A stretch of DNA of 58,480 bases, the filler included, from Catajapyx aquilonaris (lineage: Eukaryota): NCBI GenBank assembly GCA_000934665.2. It is 4 parts of 4 records of this genome, joined end to end, with 100 filler letters (N's around TTAATTAATTAA, not from the genome) between each part and the next. Parts side by side here need not be neighbours in the genome. Positions count along the whole stretch, not along the records: positions 14,622 to 29,180 come from JYFJ02007754.1; positions 29,281 to 43,874 come from JYFJ02007755.1; 2 more parts are not named here. The stretch is one strand, 5' to 3'. This document shows, piece after piece, positions 28,261-40,661 of the stretch. A model generated the notes under the pieces. It saw only the letters and a list, made by a program, of their open reading frames with translations. It was not told where the DNA came from and made no database searches. The stretch's first letter is position 1; every line of letters starts with the position of its first letter. Both the position numbers and the translations under genes were made by a program.

Positions 28261-29180
28261 ATACTTGGTTTTGCTGCTAAATATAATGTCCTTGCTTTTA
28301 TTTCAGTCGTTTCGCCGGCAAAAAAATTGCCTTTGTTCATAGCTTCAATTTTAAAAAAAAAATACAAATTCTTTAGTGTGGATAGGCCTGTACACCGTGA
28401 TGCATTCCGTTTCTTTTATGACATGTTTCCTCTACGTTCTCAAGAAGTTTCCTGCTATTACTTTGACAATGACCCATTGTTAAATAAACTACAGCCTTGA
28501 AGGGATTTATCTAATGACCTGGCATATTTATCACTTCCCGAATAGTTTTTCCCTCTGACCGCCACCATTTTTAGTGGAAGTTGTTCATAATAATGTAAGA
28601 TGAAAAGTGAATACTCAGCTTTGTTCTATAGATTCGGGTTTTGCGAAAATCAGATTTTGAAATTTGCAACTTTGCAATTTTTCCATTTTAAAATCACCAC
28701 AGGAGACTCCAGGAATGATGTGTTATTTTTATTTTCCAAGCAATGACAGATTGTGACTGATTTTCAGATAACTTATGCTAATTGTTCACAAAAATATTTA
28801 TTTTATGAGATATGATTTTGCAGCGCTGGTTACTAGGTTCAAATGGAGTGAATCGAGCGATACAATATTATTGGAGGACACCATTTTGAACACAATAATA
28901 TCATTAGTTCATGTCTTTGGCTTGTCAAAAAAATTAGTCACAATTTACCATTGCTTGAAAAATCACAATTGGGTGATTCTCCAAAAACGTACCATTTTCA
29001 TAGCAAAAATTAATGAATTTCAAAACTTGTTTTAAAAATCTGGAAAAATTCTCACTTACTCTATATGAGGTCACAAATCAGGAAAAAATATGGGGAACTA
29101 AGTCTCATATTCTAAAATGGGGGAAACCTTCCGAAATTGATTTTGCAGTTAACCAAAATTATTTTTATTGGAAGTTGTTC

Positions 29181-29280
29181 NNNNNNNNNNNNNNNNNNNN
29201 NNNNNNNNNNNNNNNNNNNNNNNNTTAATTAATTAANNNNNNNNNNNNNNNNNNNNNNNNNNNNNNNNNNNNNNNNNNNN
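29181..29280. other. Artificial assembly linker
   Basis: Same 100-bp N44-TTAATTAATTAA-N44. Confidence 0.97.
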
Positions 29281-29376
29281 GCTAGGTGTGTTTGTGGGGT
29301 GGGAGGCATGGGTTTGCTTGGGGAGGGGGGTGTGGGCTACCAAAGGAGTCTTACATGTGTCGTACTCTCACCAGTG

Positions 29377-29796
29377 ACCGAAGCAGTAGTGGTGTAGTGG
29401 ATATGATGTCCGACTGCTAATCGGGAGGTCCTGGGTTCGAATCCCGGAGGCCGGCGATCCTGACCTTGGTTTTCTGTGGTTTCCCAAGGTCGCTCCAGGA
29501 ATAATTTCCGGGATGGTACCGTAATATAGGCCACAACCGCTTCCCTCCTTTCCCTGTCCTGGAGGAGATGCGGGTCAGTCGGGGGTTTCTGACCCGCATC
29601 TAGGGGGGCCATCTATGGTGAACGGACCCCCCTGAGGGACTGCACACGACCCCCAACATGAGAGACATTGCACATGCACCAGTGTCCCCCCCCTCCTATC
29701 CCTACCCTGTCCCTGCACCAGCTACTGTACAATAATAATAACAATAATAAAGGTCCGTGTGATATACCCCCAGTTGGGGGTGAAAGCACTACCCCA

Positions 29797-29851
<55 letters not shown>
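29377..29851 (+). mobile_element. Chimeric tRNA-derived SINE: head B + body C + tail T1, (ATT)n end
   Basis: TSD TACTCTCACCAGTG at 29363-29376 and 29852-29865. Confidence 0.9.
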
Positions 29852-29853
<2 letters not shown>

Positions 29854-30569
29854 CTCTCACCAGTGATCATCCCAACTTGAATATCAACATTTGCACTGAG
29901 CAAGGTGAGGCGATTTGCATGTTGGATTGTTGGGTGTACCCATCATAATGACGACATATATGGAGGGGGTCTCACTTAAGAGGCCCAATCTTCCTTAGTA
30001 TTATACTAGCCAACAGGACTGATATGGCCACATGTAGTTCACATGTAGGGCTACAATATACGTGAAAACCAGCGAAAAATAAAGGGGTATAATTTTAAAA
30101 ATTAAATGTTTAAAATTTGCAATTTCAATATTTTTAACGCAAAAATTTAAAATTTTAAAATTAACCATAGAATACGATTATATCAACCTTTCTGAGTAAA
30201 TTTATATCAAAAGCACATCTGTCTCACGATTAGTTGCGGAGAAACAGCCAAAAGAAAAATGGCTCTCAAAGAAAAGGCTCAAAATTACCACCCCCCAAAA
30301 AACGGGTAAAAATCAAAATATTTAAAAACGCTTTGGTACAATGTTTTAGCAGCGCTAGGTCACCATAACCTGTGAAAAGCATTCAAATCCGCCACATCAA
30401 GGGTACAAAGGGGGCCCCACTGACATGGAATGACCCCTATTAGAAACACATAACTTTGTCAAATATTGCTCAATTTTCATGAGACAAGTTTCATTTTGTT
30501 AGCTGCTTTAGGCGTGTATTCGCTTTGCGTGGCGCTAGGGCTCGGCACCTCCCCGTGGGGCCCCACTTG

Positions 30570-30717
30570 TGCTGTGGAACTGACATCTCCATAAGTTCAG
30601 CGCCTCTTATGGCACAGCTATGCACTAACGCCTATAGAGCCGTATAGAGCTGTAGGCGTTAGTGCATAGTTGTGCCATAAGAGGCGCTGGACTTATGGAG
30701 ATGCGAGTTCCACAGCA
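30570..30717. repeat. 148-bp near-perfect palindrome, probably a MITE, inside a degraded hAT-like element (~30500-31044)
   Basis: TGCTGTGGAACT...AGTTCCACAGCA with ~65-bp arms. Confidence 0.85.
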
Positions 30718-31154
30718 GGATTCCATTGCACATATATTAGCACCACTGCCGGAAGAGATAATGGCACAGCTTTTTTTATTGCCCTGGGATAGAAGTGTCC
30801 CTGGGCTGGTTAAAACACACATTTCCGTCCCCACAGCTAATGTCGTACAAGCACACATTGTTTGTTCCCCTCTGGACCCACTCAAAGCTGGTGGGAGGGA
30901 CATGGGATTGAACCCAGGGCATACTCAGCTGCAGTGAAATGAGTGTGGGTCACTAAGGGGGTTCAAGGTCACACGGCGCGGGGCCACCCAGAAGCACGGG
31001 GCTCCGGGCGGTCGCCCGGAGCCCCCACCCCTAAGGCCGGCTCTGTGTGACACACTTTCCTCCCCCTCCCCTCCCCATGTCTACAACTGCCCCCTTTCCA
31101 GAAAACACACTGACAACAGTGAAATTGCACCCAAAAAAGTAGGGTTTTTTTACG

Positions 31155-31480
31155 TTACCCCGTGATAGGGCCATAGGCCCTTTTAGGGGGGTGGAATACC
31201 ACCATCCTTCAATTTCTCTGTAATTTTTCTTATGACTCGGGTGCAAGGATGAAAATATATGGGGTAAGAATGGGGATTTCTGGGGAGGGGACACAAGTGA
31301 AGTGCAATGTCTGGAAAGGGCTCATGTGCAGTCCCCCAGGAAGCTAGGTTGCCAAGACGCCTCCTAGGCATGGGTCAGAGATCCACTGATGCTTGCAGAA
31401 GGGAACTCCCGGGCGGGGATCAAACACGGGACCTTCCGCACAGCAAGCCGAGGCGTTTCCATCTCGCCACCACGCTTTCT
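31155..31480 (-). mobile_element. tRNA-derived SINE, head C + body C + tail T2
   Basis: Homologous to 52856-53215; ends TGGCCCTATCACGGGGTAA. Confidence 0.82.
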
Positions 31481-31559
31481 TTCTTCCCCCCCCCCCCCCC
31501 CCTCCCCNGAATTTTGCGCCACTGTCCTCAATATACTCTTGCAGCCTATGAAACCTTTC

Positions 31560-32040
31560 AAATGAAGTTTTTTCCACATTTTCTGCCAGTGAGAGTTCAA
31601 ATTTTAATAAAAATGTGGTTATTTTCATGCGTTGAAAAAATGTTGCTTGATTTGACCCCTTGCAGAGAGAAGTGTTGAGCATACTCAGCTCCTCAAACAT
31701 ATCCGCAAAATATGCCAGCTAACACAAAGTCATTTTCAGTCATTGCATCTGCTTCCCTTGGATAGCTGCTTTCCTTCAAATATAAGTGCAGTTTGATTAG
31801 CTCTTGAGCAAGCTCGGTAGTGGGGCGTCCGCAGATAGAGGAGAGCATGAGGGCGAACGTGGACAAATTTCTGTTGCCGAACTGCGGCTCAAACATGAAA
31901 CTCGTACACAGTATTCACTCATTTTTTATAATTAAATTACTCTTTATTTCACATAAATTGCAAAAAAAAAAAGTTGAACCAAAGTTTGCGACCCCCTCCT
32001 CGACCCCCTCCTCGTGACCCCCAGGTTGGAAACCACAGCA
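31560..32040 (-). mobile_element. Degraded hAT (Buster/Charlie) transposase fragment with one terminus
   Basis: Frameshifted LAYFADMFEELSMLNTSLQG matches hAT LAYLADIF.HLN.LN.SLQG; CCCCAGGTTGGAAACCAC end near 32020-32040. Confidence 0.7.
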
Positions 32041-32149
32041 ATAAGGGTTCATACCAAGGTCTATCCACACAAGCAGAATTATTGAAATCCTAAGGACAAC
32101 CCCACAACCTTCTATTGTGATCCCAAAAGGTTGTGGCAAATATCTTTTC

Positions 32150-32460
32150 ATGGTGCATAACTGTTTGGAAGATTCATCCATGTCTTCCTTCCTACCCTTA
32201 CCCCTCTTAGCAACAACTGCACCAGAGTGAACCTTCCTGTCAATCTCCTCCTCCTCCCTCTCTACATGGCCAAACCACCGTGGAGTAGACCTGCACACCT
32301 TTTCCTTACAATCTCTATAATATTACACCTCTAAAATCTACTCATTCTGTCTTGTCTCTAGCTTATTAACACCACAGAGAGCCGGAAAGTAACTTATTGC
32401 TGTAACAAAGACCCTGGTCTTATACCTATCTGACAAAATTCATGTTTCACCCAAATAGCT
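32150..32460 (-). mobile_element. Degraded RTE-type LINE 3' ORF fragment
   Basis: RWFGHVERE...VVAKRGKGR matches the RTE C-terminal LRWFGHV.R...G.R.RGRP motif. Confidence 0.68.
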
Positions 32461-32483
32461 CAGAGTTTTTAAAATATTTCTAG

Positions 32484-32629
32484 ATAGCAGTGATTGTGGG
32501 TGGTATGTCTCAGGAGAAGCAGGAGAGAATGCTGAAAAAATCACCAGAAATTGTGGTTGCCACACCAGGAAGGTTATGGGAACTCATCCAAATAGGCAAC
32601 AAGCACTTGAGCGGGGTGAAAGGCATCAG
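32484..32629 (+). CDS. DDX24: DDX24/MAK5 DEAD-box RNA helicase, first exon visible in the window (upstream exons absent)
   Basis: tttctag|ATA acceptor; translates [35 protein letters not shown] (GG doublet and TPGRL motif); AG|gtagtt donor. The six exons sum to 1389 nt (462 aa + stop) with consistent phases. Confidence 0.9.
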
Positions 32630-32684
32630 GTAGTTTGTCTATCTCCTTTCATCCAGGTCTCTACTACATGACACTTCATTTTAG

Positions 32685-33089
32685 GTACCTCGTAGTGGAT
32701 GAAGCCGATCGCATGTCTGAAAAGGGCCACTTCCAGGAATTTCAACAGCTTCTTGAGCTACTGAATGAAACTCCAGACCCAAACCGACAGACTTTAGTTT
32801 TCTCAGCTACTCTCACCCTGGTACATGAACTGCCTCAGAGGATTATCAACAGGAAACATGTTAGGAAAATGACACCTTCTCAAAAGATTAATTCATTGGC
32901 TAAAATGTTTGGGATGAAACCGAACCCGAAAGTGGTTGATCTGAGCAGAAATATGGGCACCGTTGAGACGTTGAGTGAAGCCCAGATCATCTGCTCACGG
33001 GATGAGAAAGACTATTACTTGTTTTATTTCATCAAGCGATACCCTGCAAGGACACTTGTTTTCTGCAATAGTATCGACTGTGTTCGTAG
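32685..33089 (+). CDS. DDX24: DDX24 exon with DEAD (motif II), SAT (motif III) and motif IV
   Basis: YLVVDEADRM...QTLVFSATLT...RTLVFCNSIDCVR; follows a 55-nt GT-AG intron; ends at a GC donor AG|gcaagt. Confidence 0.93.
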
Positions 33090-33153
33090 GCAAGTACTTG
33101 TCTTTGATGTGAAATTGAGTTGAAGTGTAATACCAGCCATTTTGCTTCACCAG

Positions 33154-33473
33154 GCTGACCAACTTGCTGACACTATTGAATTGTGAGCCACTGCCTCTTC
33201 ATGCCCAACTGCATCAAAAGCAAAGACTGAAAAATATGGACCGTTTTCAAGCCAAAGAAGATGGTCTTCTAATAGCCACAGATGTGGCAGCAAGAGGACT
33301 GGACATTCCCAACATTAAGCATGTCCTTCACTATCAAGTACCAAGAACATCAGAGAATTATGTCCATCGCAGTGGACGTACTGCCCGAGCTTTGCGAGAA
33401 GGTCTAACTGTGATGCTAGTTGAACCATCAGATGCTGCAATCTACTGGAAATTATGCAAAACTCTCAACCGTA
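33154..33473 (+). CDS. DDX24: DDX24 exon, helicase C-terminal domain
   Basis: LHAQLHQKQRLKN, ATDVAARGLDIP, HYQVPRTSENYVHRSGRTAR (DDX24/MAK5-typical HRSGRTAR); cag| acceptor and A|gtgagt donor. Confidence 0.94.
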
Positions 33474-34233
33474 GTGAGTAGTTATATACAATTTGGGGAA
33501 CACTTATGAATTAACATTTCCAGCATATCTGCATTAAGGCTCATTTGCATGTTGTGTCTGGGATGTATGCAGCCTATATGCCTGGTGCCATTTAGGTCCT
33601 ACCTTTGCCTTCCTTGGATGTCAGAGTTGGATTTACAATTTAGAGCAAGCTATTTAGCAAGGCTTCCAGCAGGCAGGAAGGAGGAGTAGGGGAAAGATAA
33701 TGTCAGATGGGAGCGGGGAAGAAGCCATGAGGTGGAATTTGCAATAAGCAGTAAAGACAATGGTTCTGATTCCCTGCCTCCTGCCACCAAAAATGCGGCA
33801 TGTATCCGAGGTGCATTATGTAAAAGGGCCTTGAATGACCTTTATAATGAAGCAATTACGTTATGTCCAGGTGACGTGAATAGTCTGCCATTGTATGTGA
33901 AAAAAAAGTGGCTGCAGATAGTGAGACTTCCATTGGAAAGATACGTCACAGATGTGTACCAAATATAAATGTGACTCAATATCCCAACATGGGACTGTTT
34001 TTTTGTGTATAGCTGAGATACTGAAGGCTTGCACTTTGCTGGCTATATTAAATAGGGTAAGGGGCCCAAATGTCGACACCCTTACGTTGCTTTCCTTTTG
34101 TTAGAAAATGGCTGAACGCAGCAATGTAAGGAAAATGAATGCTAATACATTGAACATTTACCTACTAGGTCCCGCAATGAAAATTTAAAAATAGTTTATA
34201 ATAATATTAATAATCATAATCATAATAATAATA

Positions 34234-35102
34234 CAGTGGAGCATCGATTATCCGAACATCGATCAACCGAACCATCGGTTAACCGAACGTTTTCAGGTCG
34301 GCAAAAAAAGAGAGAAAAGCACGATTTAGCCGCCAAAAAACGAGCCTCGGCTCTCAAGCAAAAGAAATTGGCCTTCCCCCCCCTTAAACTGTAGGACTAC
34401 TTAATGTAAGGACAGTAAGGTATACCGTATTTACTCGCATATAAGACGCACACGCGTATAAGACACCCCGGTTTTGAGGCGAAAAATTGTGGAAAATCGG
34501 TTGTTGACTCATATAAGACGCACCCAGATTTATTGCCGTAGTTTGGGAACTGGCCTCGAGCTGCCGGCAGCAACCTCGTGTGCAATGCATGTGCAATGCA
34601 TGTTGTGCGTGTGGAATCCATTAGAATCCAGGGGCAAGTGGAAAATGGGACAATGCTACGCATCTGAAACGTATAGGTGGCAAGGTCACACCGGAATTGT
34701 GCACGTGTGTGGACGGCCGAGGAGAGCGACGATGACTGATTCGAATGTGCGATGTTTTTAAATTTTTCAATAAACGATTTTCACGATTTCTCACGGGTTT
34801 CACCCGTTGTGCCCTGCCGTATAACACGCACACGCGTATAAGACGCACCCTACTTTTTGAGCTACAAAAATCGAAAAAAAAGTGCGTCTTATATGCGAGT
34901 AAATACGGTATGTACAGTATTTTTAAGACGTGCCTGTGACAGAAAATATGCAGTTTTGTGGTTAATATCACTGTTTCTTAGTTTCATAAATTGCTCCTAT
35001 GACACCGGTACAATTTTTTTCCGTAAATGATCGGTTATCCGAACAATCAGTTATCTGAACACCCCCTTGGCAGATTCTGTTTGGATAATCGATGCTCCAC
35101 TG
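34234..35102. mobile_element. pogo/Tigger-like MITE in a DDX24 intron, hosting a nested MITE
   Basis: TA|CAGTGGAGCATCGATTATCC...GGATAATCGATGCTCCACTG|TA; sister copy at 48178-48473. Confidence 0.9.
34425..34908. mobile_element. Nested Tc2/pogo-like MITE (CCGTA termini)
   Basis: TA|CCGTATTTACTCGCATATAAGACGCAC...GTGCGTCTTATATGCGAGTAAATACGG|TA, perfect 27-bp TIR. Confidence 0.92.
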
Positions 35103-35130
35103 TAATAATATGTGTGTCCATTTTTTAATG

Positions 35131-35294
35131 AGCTCCCCCGGGTGGTTTAGTCTTTAGGAAATACCACCCGAGACGAAGCCAGAGGTGACCCTGAACACTG
35201 CACGAGATGAAGGGGGTGTCCCCGGGTTGGAATCAAACCTGGGACCTTAACATCCGTGGGCGCGTACATTACCACAGCACCACTTCGCCTCCCT
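35131..35294 (-). mobile_element. 3'-truncated SINE, head A
   Basis: Reverse complement of 16160-16325. Confidence 0.85.
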
Positions 35295-36086
35295 TAAAAA
35301 TAGTTTATAGGAAAAAGCACAGAATTGAATAAGTGAAGACACCCATTTTTTCAGTTTCAAAAAAAGTGTTCCTAATTTCGGAACCTGCATTTTAATGGGA
35401 GCAAAGGTGTAAAAAAAAAACATTTCTAAATTTGTGAATGCTTTAAAATGCTTGATTAATAACAATACAATGAAAATTGGTTTATCTGCGTGATGAAAAT
35501 GAAAAGTTTTCCGTATTTGAAAAAAATAAAATTATGCAGTTGATCAATGACTTGATCAATACAATCATACAAGAACGTTTTAATAGCAGGTAGTGCAGAT
35601 GCGCAAACGTTTTCTGTGACTTCTTTCTTGAGTTTCTGTGAAATAAATGGAACTGTCAAAATGAGCATGATAGTATGGTAGGTATCCGAAATTAGGAACA
35701 AGACAACTGTCTACTGTGGGTACTGTGGGCTCATCGATGAGTTGCAGCATGATGTCGCTACTTTAAAACATGCAAATAAACAGTGTAAGGAACATCATAG
35801 ACTAAAATAAATTATTGAATATCATAGCTGAATTGCTGAGATATGATGGCCAATAATAGCATGCGCTGCAGTCCACCATGAGCTTAAGAAGAAACTGGTG
35901 TCAAAGGTTGCACAATGCACGGATGTTCCCATCAGTGCTGCCAGCTCACCAATCCCGCCTTTGTGACATTTTACCACTATCACCGGCAATTTGCATCATA
36001 TTACCACACAGATAGCATGGTGGTCGGAATTAGGCACATGGTCGAAATATGGACCCCTTCCCCTATTGCTTTTCTTGTAATTACAG

Positions 36087-36258
36087 CTCAAGACCTGCCT
36101 TCATTTCCTGTGGATGAATCCATGATGCATGATGTTAAGCAGAGTGTGTCAGCTGCTAAAGAGTTGGAGGCACTTGAACATAGGTGGAAGAAAAGGCAAG
36201 CTGACATCAACTGGAAGGCACGAGCTTTGGAAGAAATGGAGTTACTAGATGATGATTC
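36087..36258 (+). CDS. DDX24: DDX24 exon (QDLPSFPVD...ALEEMELLDDDS)
   Basis: ttacag| acceptor in phase 1; resembles the DIPLFPV...SWIEQAAAALEIELEE region of vertebrate DDX24; ends at U12-type donor GTATCCTTTG. Confidence 0.88.
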
Positions 36259-36413
36259 GTATCCTTTGTTTTCCAAGGTGTTGATCAGACTTTATGCAAG
36301 TGACCAGAACATGAATCACGTCTGATTAAGGGCTCTTGTGCCTTTACTATAATTACTGCCATTCCTACCAAAACCTTTGAATGGAAACCTAAGATTTTGA
36401 ACTTAAGCTTTAA

Positions 36414-36985
36414 GAGCGCGCTCTAGGCTGCGCGATCCATTGTTGCGGGGAGCCCGTCGCGGGCCAGCCCGTGAGTTTGACATTTCTTCCTCTCGCTGTC
36501 ACTGCCGCAAATATGGAGGTATCGGCATGAAACTGGAGTATCTGGACACGAAAGAGTTGCACTTTGAGATGGTGCGTTTATTTTTCTCCTGGGGCGATAT
36601 TTGCGGCCACCGCGGCCAGGTACAGTTTTTTATTTCGACCCACAATCACTCCTTTCCATGTCGGTACCAGTGAGATTCGAGACCATCACGAGGTTTTTAC
36701 GCCGAATTACCGTAAGTGTGTGAAAGGGCACGAGTGTGGCAGTCTTGGTTTGGCCAAACTTTGGGATCGAAAATACCCCCCTCCATGAACAATAACAACT
36801 CGCACGAAGAACGCGACGATCTGGCACCATCTCAAAGTGCAACTCTTTCGCGTCCAGATACTCCAGTTTCATGCCGATACCTCCATATTTGCGGCCGTGA
36901 CAGCGAGAGGAAGAAGTGTCAAACTCACGGGCCGGCCCGCGACGGGCTCCCCGCAACAATGGATCGCGTAGCCTAGAGCGCGCTC
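36414..36985. mobile_element. TTAA-flanked palindromic MITE (Kolobok-like RR...YY termini)
   Basis: TTAA|GAGCGCGCTCTAGGCT...AGCCTAGAGCGCGCTC|TTAA; ~160-bp arms. Confidence 0.85.
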
Positions 36986-37167
36986 TTAACTCTGATTGAA
37001 TGGATGCCATTAATTTTCATACCTTGTGCAAATTTGAGCAGGGTTCAGGAAAATTTCTGGTGGCGTGTTGTTGTTGTTGGTATGCAAGGACAAAGGTCAT
37101 TTTCAAAGTCTGCAGATACTTTCCGGGCAGTCAACACATTCGAATGCACTAGCTTGTTTCTGCATTC

Positions 37168-37202
<35 letters not shown>

Positions 37203-37405
37203 CCCNCCCCCCCCCCCCCCCCCCCCCCCTGGCCTACATGATCAGTTGTCTCTGGAGATAACCTCGTGAGACCCTTTCTATTGGAGGAAATTTGATGATC
37301 CTCGTTGCCGCTTTTAACCCTGCACCCCGATAGCCCCGGTTACTGTCCCTTTTCCCTCTGACCCACGGGTTAAAAGCGGCAACGAGGTACCCTCCTAAGC
37401 AAATA

Positions 37406-38182
37406 CAGTCGAATCCCTCTATAACGAAATTGAAGGGAACCAAATTTTCTTTCATTATATGCGAAATTCGTTATATTAAAAAGCGCGTTTAAACCTCACT
37501 TTTTTCGATATTTAAGCGTTATATTAAGCCCTGGTAGCGGGAAAAAGAGTTAAAAAATTCTTCCGCGCAAAATTAGATTATCTCACAAAGCATGGCACGA
37601 AGTCGACAACAATAAGCTGCAGCAATTCTGGGCGATCAGCTAACCCCCAGCATAATATGCCAGCCATAATCTCCTGCAAGTAGTAGACCCAAGGGGGGAA
37701 AGAGGAAATGGTGGGGAAAGATGATAAGGAAAGGTCAGGCTCTTATCTCCCGTGAATATTCCCAGGTTTTAACCACCTGCCTCCTACCCTGGGGGGGCCA
37801 TGCAATAAATCCAGTGGGTAGCTCTGAGTCACTGAGCGACAGCCCCCCCCCCCTTCCCCCCACTCTCTAGAGAATCCTTTCCCTTAAACCATTAGGACCC
37901 CAAATTATCAACTTTTGGAGGGAATGTGTGAAAAAAGGTTGAATCCAGAACACACAGCTGGTGATTTATGGCCCAATTTGCCAACTTCCGCTTTTTCAGC
38001 CGAGAGGTGGGACTGGCGGAGCGAATTTTTTTTTGTTATATGCGAACCGAAACCGAAAATCCTTTCCTTAAAAGGGGATATTTTTAACATGGGTTTATAT
38101 GGGGCCTCTGATGGTCACAAATTTTCTTTCGTTATAAGCGGATTTTCGTTATATCCGGATTCGTTATAGAGGGATTCGACTG
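37406..38182. mobile_element. pogo/Tigger-like MITE
   Basis: TA|CAGTCGAATCCCTCTATAACGAA...TTCGTTATAGAGGGATTCGACTG|TA perfect TIR. Confidence 0.92.
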
Positions 38183-38356
38183 TAGTTACACGCCTGGTCG
38201 CCAGTTGCCGGCTCAGACGCCGGTACGCCATCTGCTAACCCGGCTTACAACTCCATCAATTGGTGATTCTCTCTTTACATGGGGATGCGTCGTCTCCTCC
38301 ACACTCTAAGGTGGTGACTTTTTTGGTCATTCCAGCAGCCTGTGCTTCACTACTTA

Positions 38357-39235
38357 CAAGGGAAGTGTCTGTAGGGCCATCGGCCAATCAGCCCGAAAAT
38401 GACACTAGGGGTAAATCGCAGGCCAGAAATTCATTGGTGAAAGTAAAAAGTCGCATTAGCCAAGCGTTTTCGAGATATGGGCGACTATAGGTGCCCGGCA
38501 AACCTGCTCAGTGACAATGGGGCGCATTCGGCAGAAGAAATTATAAACAGTCTTCGTGGCTCAGTCGGTAGCGCGTCCGCGTCATGATCCGAAGTCTCCG
38601 CGTTCAAGTCCAAGGGAAGCGACTTTTTTTCCCCCCCTCCCTCTCTCGTCTCGGAGCATCGCTTTCTTTTTCTTTCTTCCCCAACACCGTTTATCCCTGC
38701 ATATCTTCCCTTTTGCAATCAACAGGAATAAATAAACAGCTTGCTGGGAAGAGCATTACTTTTTTCTTCTTCTGCCGATGCTTACCTACTCTCTCCATGG
38801 CTTCATATTCGGAAAAATGAATAGTCACAAGCTCAGTAAATAATAACTTATTCGTGTCCCTTCGTAATTATATGTTTACTACACGCGTTCATTTATGGTT
38901 GCGGTTTCATTGAGCAGTTATTGCGAGTTGACAAGGACACAAATGAGAGAAGCGAAATATCAACGTCAACCTGTTTGCAGTGTTGCTAAACACCCGGGAA
39001 GGGCGAAAATGATAAATATGCTACCGACTGAGCCACGAAGACTGTTGATATTTTCTTCTGCCGAATGCGCCCCATTGTCACCGAGCAGGTTTGCCGGGCA
39101 CCTATAGTCGCCCATATCTCGAAAACGCTTGGCTAATGCGACTTTTTACTTTCACCAATGAATTTCTGGCCTGCGATTTACCCCAAGTGTCATTTTCGGG
39201 CCGATTGGCCGATGGCCCTACAGACACTTTCCTTG
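38357..39235. mobile_element. Tc4/Tc5-like foldback element (TTA duplication in a CTTAG target)
   Basis: C-TTA|CAAGGGAAGTGTC...GACACTTTCCTTG|TTA-G; ~216-bp arms. Confidence 0.85.
38550..38622 (+). pseudogene. Degenerate tRNA-Met(CAT)-like sequence inside the foldback element
   Basis: GTCTTCGTGGCTCAGTCGGTAGCGCGTCCGCGTCATGATCCGAAG...GTTCAAGTCC: box A, CAT anticodon context, box B; acceptor and T stems pair poorly. Confidence 0.55.
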
Positions 39236-40192
39236 TTAGACTTTTCCTCCTCTAAAGGAGGTCATCTGCCACTGTATTGGTCCAAAACACTCGCTTGTCA
39301 GTGCAACAATCTGGACTGTTAATGTTGATATGCTGTGGAGGACCTTCGATAATAAGGCGATTGGCTTGGCATCGCGTTTGAGTGCATATAGAGGTAACTG
39401 ATTGTCAATTACAGCATTTCTTGTGAGTGGTGCTACATTCCTATGATCTAAGGTACATTTTAAACCAAACCTCATGTTTCTAGGTTGAGTGGGAAGGAAA
39501 ATGCAGCTGGTTCTTTGGGAGGGCTACCTAGTGAAGCACACTGTATTTTTGAAGATAAAAATCATTCCATTCAGTTAATTTTGGGCAGGAAATTTTGACA
39601 TGGTTTGGGGGAAGCCTTAGAGACGAAATCAAAATGTGATGACCAAAAGTCTTCGTTGCAGGGTTTTTTCCCGTGAGAAGCTTTAAATGCTGACATAGGC
39701 AAATTATTAAATAATTTTCACCTAATTATTGACCTTTTTGTCATTTGAAAAGTTAGATTTTATTCCCTAATGACAGAAAAATGAAAAAGCCACAGAAGTC
39801 GGAGTGAGGGCTCATGCGGTTACTAAACATCCACCGCTGACGTCACCACTACAGGTGAAAACCATCTGAACATGTGTGTCTGACATATCATTCAAACAGA
39901 AGGTTTGAGTCGAGAGTACAAACAGATGTCAGTGGGCGTAGGAGGTGGGTAGGGGATGTGTGGGTGGGCTATTGTTCTCCCAGGCTTAACAACTATCTGG
40001 GCAATGCCGGGCATGAAAGAATTCGTTTTTTAGCCATCGCTTGAAAACGGCTGGGAATTTTGTAATTATGAGGATTTTTCTCTACACTAGTGGGTCAGCT
40101 TTCCAATGAGCTTACTCCAAGCTCTCTGCATCCTATATCCTCCTATATCCTATATCTTAGATCCTAGATCCTCCTCGGAGAGGGGCTTTATA

Positions 40193-40661
40193 CACGGTGT
40201 CCCTTACTAGTCGCCCTTTCGTCCGGCAGTGCACTCATTGGCCCAAAACAAGTTGTAAATGTAGGGAGGAGAAATGTCGAGGCAGTAACTGGTAACAAGA
40301 TAAACGATGATCAAGATGAAGTCGCCCCTAAGATAATCGCTGCCACCCACCCACCGGCTTTTGTGCGGTAGGAGCGGCAATGGCTTCAGCAAGGTCGTCT
40401 CGTGCTCAGCTCGCAATGTCGGGGTCATTCATATCCTGCCTCCTAGGCAACTCCTACAAGTTAGGGAGTCGAACCGATTGCCGCTCCTGCACAAATGCCG
40501 GTGGGTGGGTAGCGACGATTGTCTTAGGGGCGATCTCATCTTGATCATCGTTTATCTCGTTACCGGTTACTGCCTCGACATTTCTCCTCCCTACATTTAC
40601 GACTTGTTTTGGCCCAATTAGTGCATTGCCCGACGAAGGGCGACTAGTAAGGGACACCCTG
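40193..40661. mobile_element. Tc1/mariner-type palindromic MITE
   Basis: TA|CACGGTGTCCCTTACTAGTCGCCC...GGGCGACTAGTAAGGGACACCCTG|TA; ~185-bp arms; degraded relative near 54745-54930. Confidence 0.9.

Noticed and set aside
29385..29455. Functional tRNA-Ser(GCT) gene
   Set aside because: It is the head of a TSD-flanked SINE; no acceptor stem and no long variable arm.
31693..31896. PTTELAQ resembling DEAD-box motif Ia (PTRELA) as a missing DDX24 exon
   Set aside because: Wrong strand and embedded in a hAT transposase remnant.
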